The notes: generated from the sequence alone by a model not told the origin. Positions 32,844-42,370 are shown, counted from the stretch's first letter. The stretch is 64,000 bases of DNA from an uncultured Nitrososphaeraceae archaeon (GCA_963729045.1 CAVSMN010000013.1:1-64000); one strand, 5' to 3'. Numbers and translations are program-made.

Positions 32844-34682
32844 TTATCTATCTGGATTAGAAAGTTGGTCTTGTACCGGCAAACTAAATCCAAAGGTTAC
32901 ACCCTTTCCATCTTGATTGTTTTTAGCCCAAATCCTTCCACCATGGGCTTCGATTATCTTTTTAGAAACATACAAACCAAGTCCTGTTCCTCTGCTCGAT
33001 TTTTTTACAAATCTAGTAAATAACAGAGGTAGATCATCTGGATGAATTCCATGTCCCGGGTCACTTATAGTAACCTCTATTTCCTTTCCATTGTTTATTT
33101 TTTTCATATTTATTTTTATTTCATCCTCGTCCTTTGTAAATTCAAGGGCATTATCTATCAAGTTCATGATAACTTGCGTCAATTGAGATTCGTCAGCATT
33201 TAATATTTGACTGTCATTAGGAGCATATGACTCTTCAAGTACAATATTATACTTGCGATCACCTTTTTTACGATCTTGGTAGTTAATCATTATCTCTGTT
33301 ATCAATTTCTTGAGGTTGATTGGTCCTTTATTTAGTAGCAATAGATCATTATCTAGTTGCGATATTTCAAAGACTATATCCACCAATCTCTTGAGCCGTT
33401 TCGCATTTCTATTTATTGCTTCCATAGGATGTTTATATAACTCAATGTTACCAATAGATTTCATTAAAATATCTGAGAAGCCCAGTAACGATTGTACCGG
33501 ATTTCTTAATTCATGAGCAGCTATGTTTATAAATTCCTTCTGCATATTATCGTGAATCTGGACATTTCTATTTGCTATTTCGAGTTTCCTATTTGTATCT
33601 TCCAATTCCTTGGTCCTTTTCTTAACTGATTTATCCAAGGTACTGTTAACTTTACTTAGGAACAAGATCAATAAAAGTACTACTGCGATTATTCCTATTA
33701 TTAAAGTCAGCATTTGCAGCCTTTCCATGTCTATTATTTCATTAATTTTTGAATAAATAAAGGAGGTTGGCGATATCACAAATACAGAGTACTTGGGAGA
33801 GCCCTCAATGATGACCGGGTATCCCGTAGTTAGTCTTTCATTGTTTAGCAACTTGTATACTGCAGAAGATGGAGCCCCTGACATGACTGTTTTTACTAGA
33901 TTGTTTAGCATGTCATTATGCCCAGTTAAATTTTGGGTAAAATTTCCAAAAAAAGGTTTTCCTACGATTGATGGTATAGGATGTACCAACAGCATATCCC
34001 TGTTATCTAAAACTGACAAATACTGTGACTGTATGTCGTAGACATTGCCATAATAGTTAAAAAATTCATTAGTTGGAATTACTACCCCGACCAAGCCATT
34101 ATAATAAGAACCACTGATATTTGTTGTGATGATTGGGTAAGTCATTGCAATTCTATTTTTACCATCTATTCCAACAAACATGTCAGAAATTACAGGAGAC
34201 ATTGTATTTTTTGTCTGATTAACCCAGCTCCTAAAAGAAAAGTCCTTTCCTGCATAAGAGGGGTTTCCATTAGGGGCCATATCAATAACAGCGATCCCAT
34301 TTTTATTTTGAAGGAACAATCTATCCACAGGAGTAGTGGAATTTATCTTGTTGTAATAATCTACTAATAGGCTTTTGGTCAAATTGGATGTAAAATCTCC
34401 ATCTTGAATATTACCAGACATTGCTAATCCTTGCAGTCTTGATAAAATCAATTCTATGTCCGACTGCAAGTGATGTGCTATCGCACGACTCGAATCAATT
34501 TGAACTTGCTTTTGTTGTTCAAATATGCTGTCTCTTATACTCTCTTCTGTTTCTTGTTGTAAATAGAAAAATAAAATAAGCGGGATTATGACTATGAAAA
34601 TAGCAGCAGTATAGATTGAATTATTTACTGTAAAAAACTTTGAAATTGATTCCTTTAAATTATTGAATCTGCCCAGTTTCAT
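32844..34682 (-). CDS. Membrane sensor histidine kinase with Cache-type domain
   Basis: Two TMs, DFSFRSW Cache motif, AAHELRNP, NLIDNA, GTGLGL. Confidence 0.93.
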   Translation of the reverse strand: MKLGRFNNLKESISKFFTVNNSIYTAAIFIVIIPLILFFYLQQETEESIRDSIFEQQKQVQIDSSRAIAHHLQSDIELILSRLQGLAMSGNIQDGDFTSNLTKSLLVDYYNKINSTTPVDRLFLQNKNGIAVIDMAPNGNPSYAGKDFSFRSWVNQTKNTMSPVISDMFVGIDGKNRIAMTYPIITTNISGSYYNGLVGVVIPTNEFFNYYGNVYDIQSQYLSVLDNRDMLLVHPIPSIVGKPFFGNFTQNLTGHNDMLNNLVKTVMSGAPSSAVYKLLNNERLTTGYPVIIEGSPKYSVFVISPTSFIYSKINEIIDMERLQMLTLIIGIIAVVLLLILFLSKVNSTLDKSVKKRTKELEDTNRKLEIANRNVQIHDNMQKEFINIAAHELRNPVQSLLGFSDILMKSIGNIELYKHPMEAINRNAKRLKRLVDIVFEISQLDNDLLLLNKGPINLKKLITEIMINYQDRKKGDRKYNIVLEESYAPNDSQILNADESQLTQVIMNLIDNALEFTKDEDEIKINMKKINNGKEIEVTISDPGHGIHPDDLPLLFTRFVKKSSRGTGLGLYVSKKIIEAHGGRIWAKNNQDGKGVTFGFSLPVQDQLSNPDR

Positions 34683-34951
34683 AATATATAACTATGTAGA
34701 TGGCATGAATAAATTGTTATTTCTCTAATATTGCATAAACTCACAAAACTGTGTCTTGATTTATTGAATTATGAGATCCAATATCCTTTTTTGGTTTGGA
34801 TTGTAGTCCGCACTTGATTTTTCTATACGTGGATTAATCATTCAATTGCTAGCCATCAAAGTTGAGTCATCTTGCTCAATTTTTCTGTAATTCTGCGTTG
34901 ACTTAGATTTAAGTTATATATTATATATTATATATCGGCCATTATTTCCAT

Positions 34952-35956
34952 ATGTGGAACTGTAAGCAAACTAACTACAAATTATTTCTTTGTTGCACTA
35001 TATCTATTGTTTTGATGTCATCATTTTGTTCGACAAATATTATATTTGCTCAAAATCATGAGTCTCCTTCATTTGGCCCTATATCGCCTGATACAAAATT
35101 TGAATTCAAAAGAGAGATAGCTTCACAAACTGAAAACTTAAATTCTACTCAAATTTTTCAGCCTGAAGGAATAATAGTCGATAGTAATGATAACTTGTAC
35201 GTCAACGATATTCAGTCAAATGAAATAAAGAAATATGATATGAATGGAAATTTTATTCTAAAATGGGGAAATCAAACTGCTAATGGAACTCCGCTAAATC
35301 ATCCTCATAGTAATGAAATCGATAAACAAGGGAATATTTACATTACAGATCAAAATAACAAACGAGTTGTAATGTTCTCTCCAAATGGTACGTTCATAAC
35401 ATCTTGGGGTGAAAATGAAAATAGTGGTGCGAATTTTCTACATCCACATGGCATTGCAGTAGATTCCCAGAATGATGTCTTTGTATCTGACAGAGATCTT
35501 GATACTATTCAAAAGTTCTCTCCAAATGGTACGTTCATAGCTTCATGGGGTAGCGAAGGTACAGGGAATGGTCAGTTCGAAATGCCATGGGATGTTACGG
35601 TTGATAGTGGAAATAATGTTTTTGTGCCTGATTATGGGAATAATCGAATTCAAGTTTTCTCCAACAACGGTACATTTCTTAGGGATTGGGGGACAGAAGG
35701 AAAGGGCGCCGGAGAATTTAATCATCCAGCAGTAATAGCATTCGACAATGCCGAAAATCTATACGTGACAGACTCAGACAACCAAAGAATTCAAATATTT
35801 TCGAAAAACGGTACATATATTACAGGATTTGGACAAATGGGTGAAGGTCCCGGGGAATTTTCGAAACCAGAGAGTATAACCATTGATTCTAATGGACGTG
35901 TATATGTGGCAGACACTACTAATAACAACGTTCAGTTGTTTATATCTTCTAATTGA
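34952..35956 (+). CDS. Secreted NHL-repeat beta-propeller protein
   Basis: Six F.xP.GIAVD...YV.D..N.RIQ.F repeats. Confidence 0.92.
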   Translation: MWNCKQTNYKLFLCCTISIVLMSSFCSTNIIFAQNHESPSFGPISPDTKFEFKREIASQTENLNSTQIFQPEGIIVDSNDNLYVNDIQSNEIKKYDMNGNFILKWGNQTANGTPLNHPHSNEIDKQGNIYITDQNNKRVVMFSPNGTFITSWGENENSGANFLHPHGIAVDSQNDVFVSDRDLDTIQKFSPNGTFIASWGSEGTGNGQFEMPWDVTVDSGNNVFVPDYGNNRIQVFSNNGTFLRDWGTEGKGAGEFNHPAVIAFDNAENLYVTDSDNQRIQIFSKNGTYITGFGQMGEGPGEFSKPESITIDSNGRVYVADTTNNNVQLFISSN

Positions 35957-36079
35957 TTAAAGACCTTATTTACCCAAGGTTACAAGATCATTTTAATCTT
36001 TTTTTACATATTTTATTTTTGAAATACTCTATTTTTTCACAATAAATTCAACATCCTATGAAGGTTTTATCGGAAGATA

Positions 36080-36433
36080 TTATTCTGGAAAAATGCCAAA
36101 AAAAGTCTTTATGAATTTTCTTTTAGCTAATTTCAAAGCCTTCTCGCCCTTATCAGTCAAACTATATACTATTGTTTTACCATCTCTTTCCTCAACAATG
36201 AAACCTAATTCTTTTAGACCTTTTAGTGCCGGATATATTGTTCCGGGACTTAGTTTTTTCTCACCTTTTCTAATTGCAATTTCTCCAGCTAGTTCTTGAC
36301 CATGCATTGGTTTTTTCGAAAGTAAGAAAAGGATCAGAAAGCCCAACATTCCTCTCATGTCGCAGCAATCTCCTCCCTCTCTCCCTCTCTCCCTCTCTCC
36401 CTCTCTTTCTATGTCCACCCTTTCTCCGCGCAT
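36080..36433 (-). CDS. PadR-family regulator with N-terminal DCCD motif
   Basis: LFLLSKKPMHGQEL, SPGTIYPAL, YSLTDKG; ATG 36433 lies ~27 nt from a TATA box. Confidence 0.9.
   Translation of the reverse strand: MRGERVDIEREGERERGREGGDCCDMRGMLGFLILFLLSKKPMHGQELAGEIAIRKGEKKLSPGTIYPALKGLKELGFIVEERDGKTIVYSLTDKGEKALKLAKRKFIKTFFGIFPE
36373..36404. repeat. (CTCCCTCT)x4 simple repeat in the padR 5' region
   Basis: Direct reading of sequence. Confidence 0.9.
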
Positions 36434-36446
36434 AGATAATAAAGGT

Positions 36447-36525
36447 ATTGGGTATCCGATATATATAAATACATCTTGAATGCTATGTATCGTATGTCCG
36501 ATGATATGGATGAGGAGGTGGAATA
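36447..36525 (+). promoter_or_regulatory. Divergent promoter with two ATYG-N6-CGAT operators and SD
   Basis: Operators 36447-36460 and 36489-36502 flank TATATAAATA; GAGGAGGTG before ATG 36526. Confidence 0.8.
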
Positions 36526-36693
36526 ATGGGTTGCGGTTGTAATTACAGTGGTGTAAACGCTGTTGGAGTACAGAAATCAAGAAGCTTTCTAACTCGTGAA
36601 GAAAAAGTAGATTTATTGAAGGAATACAAAAATGATTTAGAGAAAGAGGTCAAAGGAGTATCAGAAAGGATCAACGAGTTAGAAGCATCATAA
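36526..36693 (+). CDS. Small DUF5320-like protein (55 aa; not in ORF track)
   Basis: MGCGCNYSG...RSFLTREEKVDLLKEYKNDLEKEVKGVSERINELEAS; paralog of 11780-11929. Confidence 0.87.
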   Translation: MGCGCNYSGVNAVGVQKSRSFLTREEKVDLLKEYKNDLEKEVKGVSERINELEAS

Positions 36694-36819
36694 TTTTTTT
36701 ATCTATATTTTTCGCTATTTTATCATATTTTAGTAACTCAATATTTTATGACGACCTTAAAATATCAACTAGTTTGTGTTCGGTAAATATTTGGCTGAAC
36801 TTACATCTAATTAATTGTA

Positions 36820-37188
36820 TTATCCTTTCTTTGGATAATAACGAACTTTGCTAAATTCGTTTACTCTATACTCATCAGAAAAAATGACTCCTTCATTTTG
36901 CAGTAATTCTTTCTTTTTCTGGGTTCCAAGGGCATACCCACCTATTTTGCCATTGGACATGACGACCCGGTGGCAAGGTACTTTAATCGGATTTGGATTC
37001 TTGCTCAATATTCTTCCAACATGCCTTGAAGCAGCGGGGTTTCCAAGGGCTTTGGCAAGATCTCCATAGGTAGAAACTTTGCCTTTAGGAATGGTTAATA
37101 GCATACTGTAAACATCTTCACTGTTTATTGTCTTGGTCAATGGTCTTTTGCTAATATTCTTGTCCTGCTTGAGACTATTTTGCTTCAT
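36820..37188 (-). CDS. O6-methylguanine-DNA methyltransferase, C-terminal domain only
   Basis: IPKGKVSTYGDLA, RHVG, active-site PCHRV. Confidence 0.92.
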   Translation of the reverse strand: MKQNSLKQDKNISKRPLTKTINSEDVYSMLLTIPKGKVSTYGDLAKALGNPAASRHVGRILSKNPNPIKVPCHRVVMSNGKIGGYALGTQKKKELLQNEGVIFSDEYRVNEFSKVRYYPKKG

Positions 37189-37518
37189 GTATATATAATA
37201 TCTTAAGATCTTATTTAAATTTATTCAAATACGATAGCATGATATCGAAAATATTCTTCATTCATACTATACATCTGACACTTGCCCCATTATTTAATTA
37301 TAAATATAGAATAAACGATTGGTTTTCGTTAATTAATGTTCTAATTCTTTTGATTAATTCATGATTTGAATCCCTCTTGGATTCATGATATTCTCTGGCT
37401 GTTTTGCTTGAACATCTAAATCTGAGAATTCATGATTTTGCATATCACTCATATTCAGTACATTACCATCTAAACCTACTACATAACCTGATCAATAGCA
37501 ATTCATGTCAAGGTTCAA

Positions 37519-37596
37519 AATTCTAGAAATCCTAGAGTATTAGAATATTGCAACTTGTTAGCAAACCAAATATACTTATTTTATGTTAATAAGGGG
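37519..37596 (+). promoter_or_regulatory. Diverged copy of the Q/N-repeat-gene upstream element
   Basis: AATTCTAGAAATCC-TAGAGTAT-TAGAATAT-TGCAACTTGTTAGCAA-ACCAAATATA; 32 nt from TTAGCAA to start codon, as at 10663. Confidence 0.75.
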
Positions 37597-38940
37597 GTGA
37601 ATAAATCTATTATTCAATATAAAATGAACAGTGGGAAAAATATCCTAGCGTCATTTGCAGCGGTAGTAGCACTATCATTATTACTTTTGATAGGGCCAAC
37701 TTCGATGTCAATGAATGCATTTGCTCAAGGCAATTCAGCTAATCAAGGTATAGGTCAATCACAAACTTCAACGCAACTTGGTGTTTGTGTATCGGGAACT
37801 GGTACTCTTATTTCTTGTAATAATTTGAATTCACAAAATCAAGCAAACAGCGGAAACAACGCATTAGCTCAACAAGGTGGTAGTGGTAAAGGCGGTAACA
37901 CTGCTAACCAAGCAATCGGTCAAGCACAATCCTCTAACCAAAATGCCTTGTGCGTTTCAGGAACTGGTACTTTTGTTTCTTGTAATAATTTGAATTCACA
38001 AAATCAAGCAAACAGCGGAAACAACGCATTAGCTCAACAAGGTGGTAGTGGTAGTGGCAGTGGAAAAGGTAAAAGTGGCGGCGGTAACACTGCTAACCAA
38101 GCAATCGGTCAAGCACAATCCTCTAACCAAAACAGCGGTGTAGTATCTGGTGGCAATACAGCAGGTTCAGGTAACAATGTAAATGACCAGAATCAAAAAA
38201 ACACCGGAAATAATGCAGCAGCCCAAAGTGGCGGCAGTGGTAGTGGCAGTGGAAAAGGTAAAGGTGGCGGCGGTAACACAGCTAACCAAGGTATAGGCCA
38301 ATCACAAACCTCTAACCAAAACGCACAATGTGTATCTGGAGGAAATACAGCAAATTCATGCAATAATGTAAACAATCAAAACCAAGCAAACAGCGGAAAT
38401 AATGCAGCAGCTCAACAAGGTGGTAGTGGTAGTGGCAGTGGAAAAGGCAAAGGTGGCGGCGGTAACACTGCTAACCAAGGTATAGGCCAATCACAATCCT
38501 CTAACCAAAACGCACAATGTGTTGGTGGCGGAAACGTAGCTGATTCATGTAATAATACCAGTACTCAAAACCAAGCAAACAGCGGAAGCAATGCAGTAGG
38601 ACAACAAGGTGGTAGTGGTAGTGGTGGTAATACTGCTAATCAAGGTATAGGCCAATCACAATCTTCTAACCAAAACGCACAATGTGTAGCAGGCGGCTCC
38701 TTAAGCAATTCATGTAGCAACAAAAATACTCAAAACCAACAAAACAGCGGAAATAATGCAGCAGCCCAAAGTGGCGGTAGTGGCAGTGGCGGTAACAGTG
38801 CTAATCAAGGTATAGGCCAATCACAATCTTCTAACCAAAACTCACAATGTGTGTCTGGTAAAGATGCTATTGTATCTTGCGACAATGAAAACTTCCAAAA
38901 CCAAGTAAACAGCGGAAATAACGCCTTAGGTCAACAATAA
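37597..38940 (+). CDS. Secreted 7-repeat Q/N/G/S-rich C-x9-C repeat protein
   Basis: GTG start (MNKSII..., aligns with MNKTNI... paralogs), signal peptide ending NAFA, seven ~48-aa repeats joined by GS/GK linkers. Confidence 0.92.
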   Translation: MNKSIIQYKMNSGKNILASFAAVVALSLLLLIGPTSMSMNAFAQGNSANQGIGQSQTSTQLGVCVSGTGTLISCNNLNSQNQANSGNNALAQQGGSGKGGNTANQAIGQAQSSNQNALCVSGTGTFVSCNNLNSQNQANSGNNALAQQGGSGSGSGKGKSGGGNTANQAIGQAQSSNQNSGVVSGGNTAGSGNNVNDQNQKNTGNNAAAQSGGSGSGSGKGKGGGGNTANQGIGQSQTSNQNAQCVSGGNTANSCNNVNNQNQANSGNNAAAQQGGSGSGSGKGKGGGGNTANQGIGQSQSSNQNAQCVGGGNVADSCNNTSTQNQANSGSNAVGQQGGSGSGGNTANQGIGQSQSSNQNAQCVAGGSLSNSCSNKNTQNQQNSGNNAAAQSGGSGSGGNSANQGIGQSQSSNQNSQCVSGKDAIVSCDNENFQNQVNSGNNALGQQ

Positions 38941-38960
38941 ACTTCCTCCTCTTTTTTTTA
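38941..38960 (+). terminator. Pyrimidine/oligo-T terminator
   Basis: ACTTCCTCCTCTTTTTTTT directly after the stop; near-identical copy after 45134. Confidence 0.65.
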
Positions 38961-39268
38961 CTATTACTTTAACTTTAATCATAATATCTTACAAATTAAT
39001 CAAATCTAGATAAACTAGCCCTGCTAGCTTTTTCTTGAATATCAAATACTGAAGAAAATTTTCAAAAAACCTTGGCCACCCTTTGTGTGCCAATAAAAAG
39101 TAACTATTGTTTAATCGCTTCAAGTTATAGATATGATTTATTAGGACTTGGAACAGAAATAGAAGGTTCATGATAAAAGGAAAATTTTTAGTCTCATTTA
39201 AATCTCATTTACTGATAATATTAGCACAACTAGTGGTAGTATCAGTACTTCAAATTCTCATGCAATAA

Positions 39269-40060
39269 TTAAGTTGAGAGTCTTGATTCCAAATCTTCAA
39301 TTTTCTTCCTTATTTCCTTTATTTCAAATAATATTTCCTTTTGGGTAACGGGTTTGGCTAGTTCGATCTCCAAATTTTTGTACGCTTCCTCAGACTTTCT
39401 TACGATCACTGCTACAAAAATATTAATAACTATAAACGTTCCTATCACTATGAAACTAATAAAGTAGATCCCGTATAGTGGATTTACAAGAGTGACCGCA
39501 GACATAACCTCTATCCACCCCTCCAGAGTTAATATTTGGAATAATGTTAAAAGTGATTTGGACAGGGAACCCCAATGAATTGGATCTATGTCACTAAATA
39601 AATAATATCCAGCGATACCATACATGAAAAAGAGTAGAGATAAGAGCAAAAAGATATTTATCATACTAGGGATTGATTTGATAATTGTCATAACTACAAC
39701 AGACATTTCTTTGGATCTGTGGGTTAGCCTTGTTACACGCAAAAGTCTAACTAAACGAGCGACGGTTGTGTATCCTTCACTAAGGGGCAGCAGAGAGACT
39801 ACAATTATTGAAAAATCCAAAATATTCCAACCATTCTTGAAATAGGTTGAAAAGTGAGGGTAGGAGGCAGCAATCTTTAAGGCAGCTTCGGCTATGTAAA
39901 TAACCAAGACCATCAAACTAATAATTTCAAATATTAGATAATACTCAGTCAACTCTGGAATAGTTTCTAATACTAAAACTGCAGCTTGCAATAATATTAC
40001 GAAAGTTATGAAATTATTAAAGGCAGGATAATTAATTGTTTTTCTTATCGTAGTTAGCAT
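39269..40060 (-). CDS. Voltage-gated BacNav/NaChBac-type cation channel
   Basis: GWNILDF, S4 ARLVRLLRVTRL, filter FQILTLEGW, C-terminal coiled coil. Confidence 0.92.
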   Translation of the reverse strand: MLTTIRKTINYPAFNNFITFVILLQAAVLVLETIPELTEYYLIFEIISLMVLVIYIAEAALKIAASYPHFSTYFKNGWNILDFSIIVVSLLPLSEGYTTVARLVRLLRVTRLTHRSKEMSVVVMTIIKSIPSMINIFLLLSLLFFMYGIAGYYLFSDIDPIHWGSLSKSLLTLFQILTLEGWIEVMSAVTLVNPLYGIYFISFIVIGTFIVINIFVAVIVRKSEEAYKNLEIELAKPVTQKEILFEIKEIRKKIEDLESRLST

Positions 40061-40371
40061 ACTATGTCAAGTTCAACTAGAGAATATTTTTAATTTTGGA
40101 TCTGTGGTGATAGCAGACTGTAATCAATATGAATATCACTATTACTTTTATCTTACATATCGACGAAATCCTCGAGGTATATAATATGTATATCATCAAA
40201 ATATTTGATACTCCACTTCTATCTAACCCGATACTCATTCATCTTAGGTAATTGTGACTCTAGAATGATAAATAGGTGTAAAAAATAAAGCATTGTGAAA
40301 CATACGCATATAATTCATTTTCGATGACAAGATTTTTGAACGAATTACTATTACAAAATTTTAGATGAGAA

Positions 40372-40671
40372 CTAATCAAGCATGTTAATTTTTTTCACAC
40401 CAACATCCGATACAATATAAAAATCTTCAGAAATCTGTATGATGTCACCCATAGTTATCTTGGAATGATGTCGTTTGTATTTTAAAGAAATCCCAAAAGG
40501 ATTTGCCTCTTCGACGAACTTTATCCAAACTCTCCCCGGGCTCAATATATTCTTAAATTCTGCTTCCCATACCAATTCATAAATCGTAGAGAGTGCTTGT
40601 CGACTCAATTTACTTGAGCCAAGCATGATTTCAGGATTAGTTTCTTTATAAAAATAAACTCTAACTATCAT
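40372..40671 (-). CDS. Hypothetical protein, weak YodL-like C-terminus
   Basis: ITMGDIIQI..FYIVSDVG pattern. Confidence 0.5.
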   Translation of the reverse strand: MIVRVYFYKETNPEIMLGSSKLSRQALSTIYELVWEAEFKNILSPGRVWIKFVEEANPFGISLKYKRHHSKITMGDIIQISEDFYIVSDVGVKKINMLD

Positions 40672-41302
40672 TAAAGGTAACTATGTATTTTTTATTACAA
40701 TTGAGGTTTATTATTGCTATGATTTGGGACGGATTCCTTATTGAAATATAAAGAAAATGAGGTATCCCTAGGATACCTACTTCAATTAATTATCTGTTTG
40801 TCTTTTTTTATCGCATTTATATATCCAATGACTAAAAGAAAAAGAAATCAACCATTAGACCTTGAAGTAACTATTCATCATAATTCATAAATATGTTAAA
40901 GTTGTAATAACATCAAGTTCTCTCATGGGTGCTTTTTTAGCAAACATGATTAGAGCCCCTTAAGGGCTCCAAATGAATATATCTATCTTAATTCTATAGC
41001 AGCACGATGATTGATTGAAAATATTTATAACGTTTATCACAAAGGAAAAAATCCAATGAAAAAATTGAGTTTTAGTTAAATGGGGAATTTTCTATCAATA
41101 CTATGATCTAGTTAGCAAAAAATTCTTAAGAATAACTTCTATAATGAACTCAACAAACTCAGCCTTATTTATTATAGAATAAATGGAGAAGTCTGTAAAG
41201 TCAAGGTTATCTATGGAAATCAAGAAATAATCTATTTATTGTGTTTCTCTTTATGGAAATTAAATTTAAAAACTTTTATAGCAATTACAATTAAATTCAT
41301 TA

Positions 41303-41713
41303 TTGTCTGACAGTACAAAAAACACTTCCTCTAATTACAATCAATGCCGTCTTCTGATTGTAGATGATGAAAAGGATTTGTTATTTGTATACGAAAAAGC
41401 TCTAAAATTAGTAGGTATGGAAATCTCTACGTTTGACAACCCAGACATGGCATTTAAGGAATTTAAAAAGAATCCGGAAATGTATAGATTGTTATTAACA
41501 GACATGCGCATGCCGAGCATGAATGGATATGAATTAATAAATAAGGTAAAAGCTATCAGGCCCGAAATAAGGACTATCTTAATATCTGCTTACGATATCA
41601 CACAAGATGAAATTACACGAAATCTAAACCCTAATATAAGAATAGATGGATTGATTTGCAAGCCCATTGCATTGGAGCGTTTAAGAGAAATCATCATTGA
41701 TGTCTTAAAATGA
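41303..41713 (+). CDS. Stand-alone response regulator receiver
   Basis: IVDDE, LTDMRMPSMNG, ISAY, KP. Confidence 0.93.
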   Translation: MSDSTKNTSSNYNQCRLLIVDDEKDLLFVYEKALKLVGMEISTFDNPDMAFKEFKKNPEMYRLLLTDMRMPSMNGYELINKVKAIRPEIRTILISAYDITQDEITRNLNPNIRIDGLICKPIALERLREIIIDVLK

Positions 41714-41917
41714 ATATTTGATGAGCCTCCTATGTCCTCTAACCGTTAATTTTAAGGCTAGGCATATCAAATCCAACTAACGGTTCGGAAAAGGAAATTG
41801 ACCTTGAGAGAAAACAGAAGCAGTGGAGATAATTCGTATATTATTTAAAATTTGATGACATACAGATTGAAAAGAAATGTGTAATTAATACATACAATAC
41901 AAGAAAGAAAAAGAAGT

Positions 41918-42370
41918 TTATCCTTGTGCTAATGCGTTGCTTCCTGTATTTTCTTGACTTTGGACGTTAATGTTGTTACCAGAACCTATTGTATCTGCAC
42001 CTGATACTACTTGGCTGTTTTGGCTGGAGGATTGAGATTGGCTGATGCTTTGTTCTGCAGAGTTTCCACCCTGTCCACCTTGTGCTAATGCGTTGTTTCC
42101 ACTGTTCTTTTGGTGTTGGAAACTAAGGTTGTTGCATGAGAGAAAGGTTGTTCCACCTGATACACATCCAGCATTTTGGTTTGATGATTGTGATTGATCT
42201 ATGGACTGTTTTGCTTTATTTTTCTTGTTGTGTGTGGCTAAAGCATCATCTACATTGAGCATTGGACTGACAAATAGGGTTAATGCTACTACTATTGCAA
42301 TTGATGCGACAAAGATTTTGCTGTTTTTGTTTTTGTTTTTGTTTTGGTTGTGAATATTTGTTTTATTCAT
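41918..42370 (-). CDS. Secreted Q/N-rich C-x9-C repeat protein, 2-repeat type, copy 3 (intact)
   Basis: 150-aa ORF: signal peptide, one Cys repeat, GGQGG linker, one Cys-less repeat. Confidence 0.92.
   Translation of the reverse strand: MNKTNIHNQNKNKNKNSKIFVASIAIVVALTLFVSPMLNVDDALATHNKKNKAKQSIDQSQSSNQNAGCVSGGTTFLSCNNLSFQHQKNSGNNALAQGGQGGNSAEQSISQSQSSSQNSQVVSGADTIGSGNNINVQSQENTGSNALAQG

Noticed and set aside
36434..36580. His-rich N-terminal extension of PadR in the ORF track
   Set aside because: It is the antisense of the promoter, operators and the divergent small gene; the start at 36433 fits the TATA spacing
40761..40969. Two near-palindromes (GGTATCCCTAGGATACC; GAGCCCCTTAAGGGCTC) in an intergenic region
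   Set aside because: Unrelated to each other in sequence; no supportable ncRNA or MITE structure
41108..41118. CTAGTTAGCAA matching part of the repeat-gene upstream element
   Set aside because: Only 11 bp, lacking the TAGARTAT repeats and the correct spacing to a start codon
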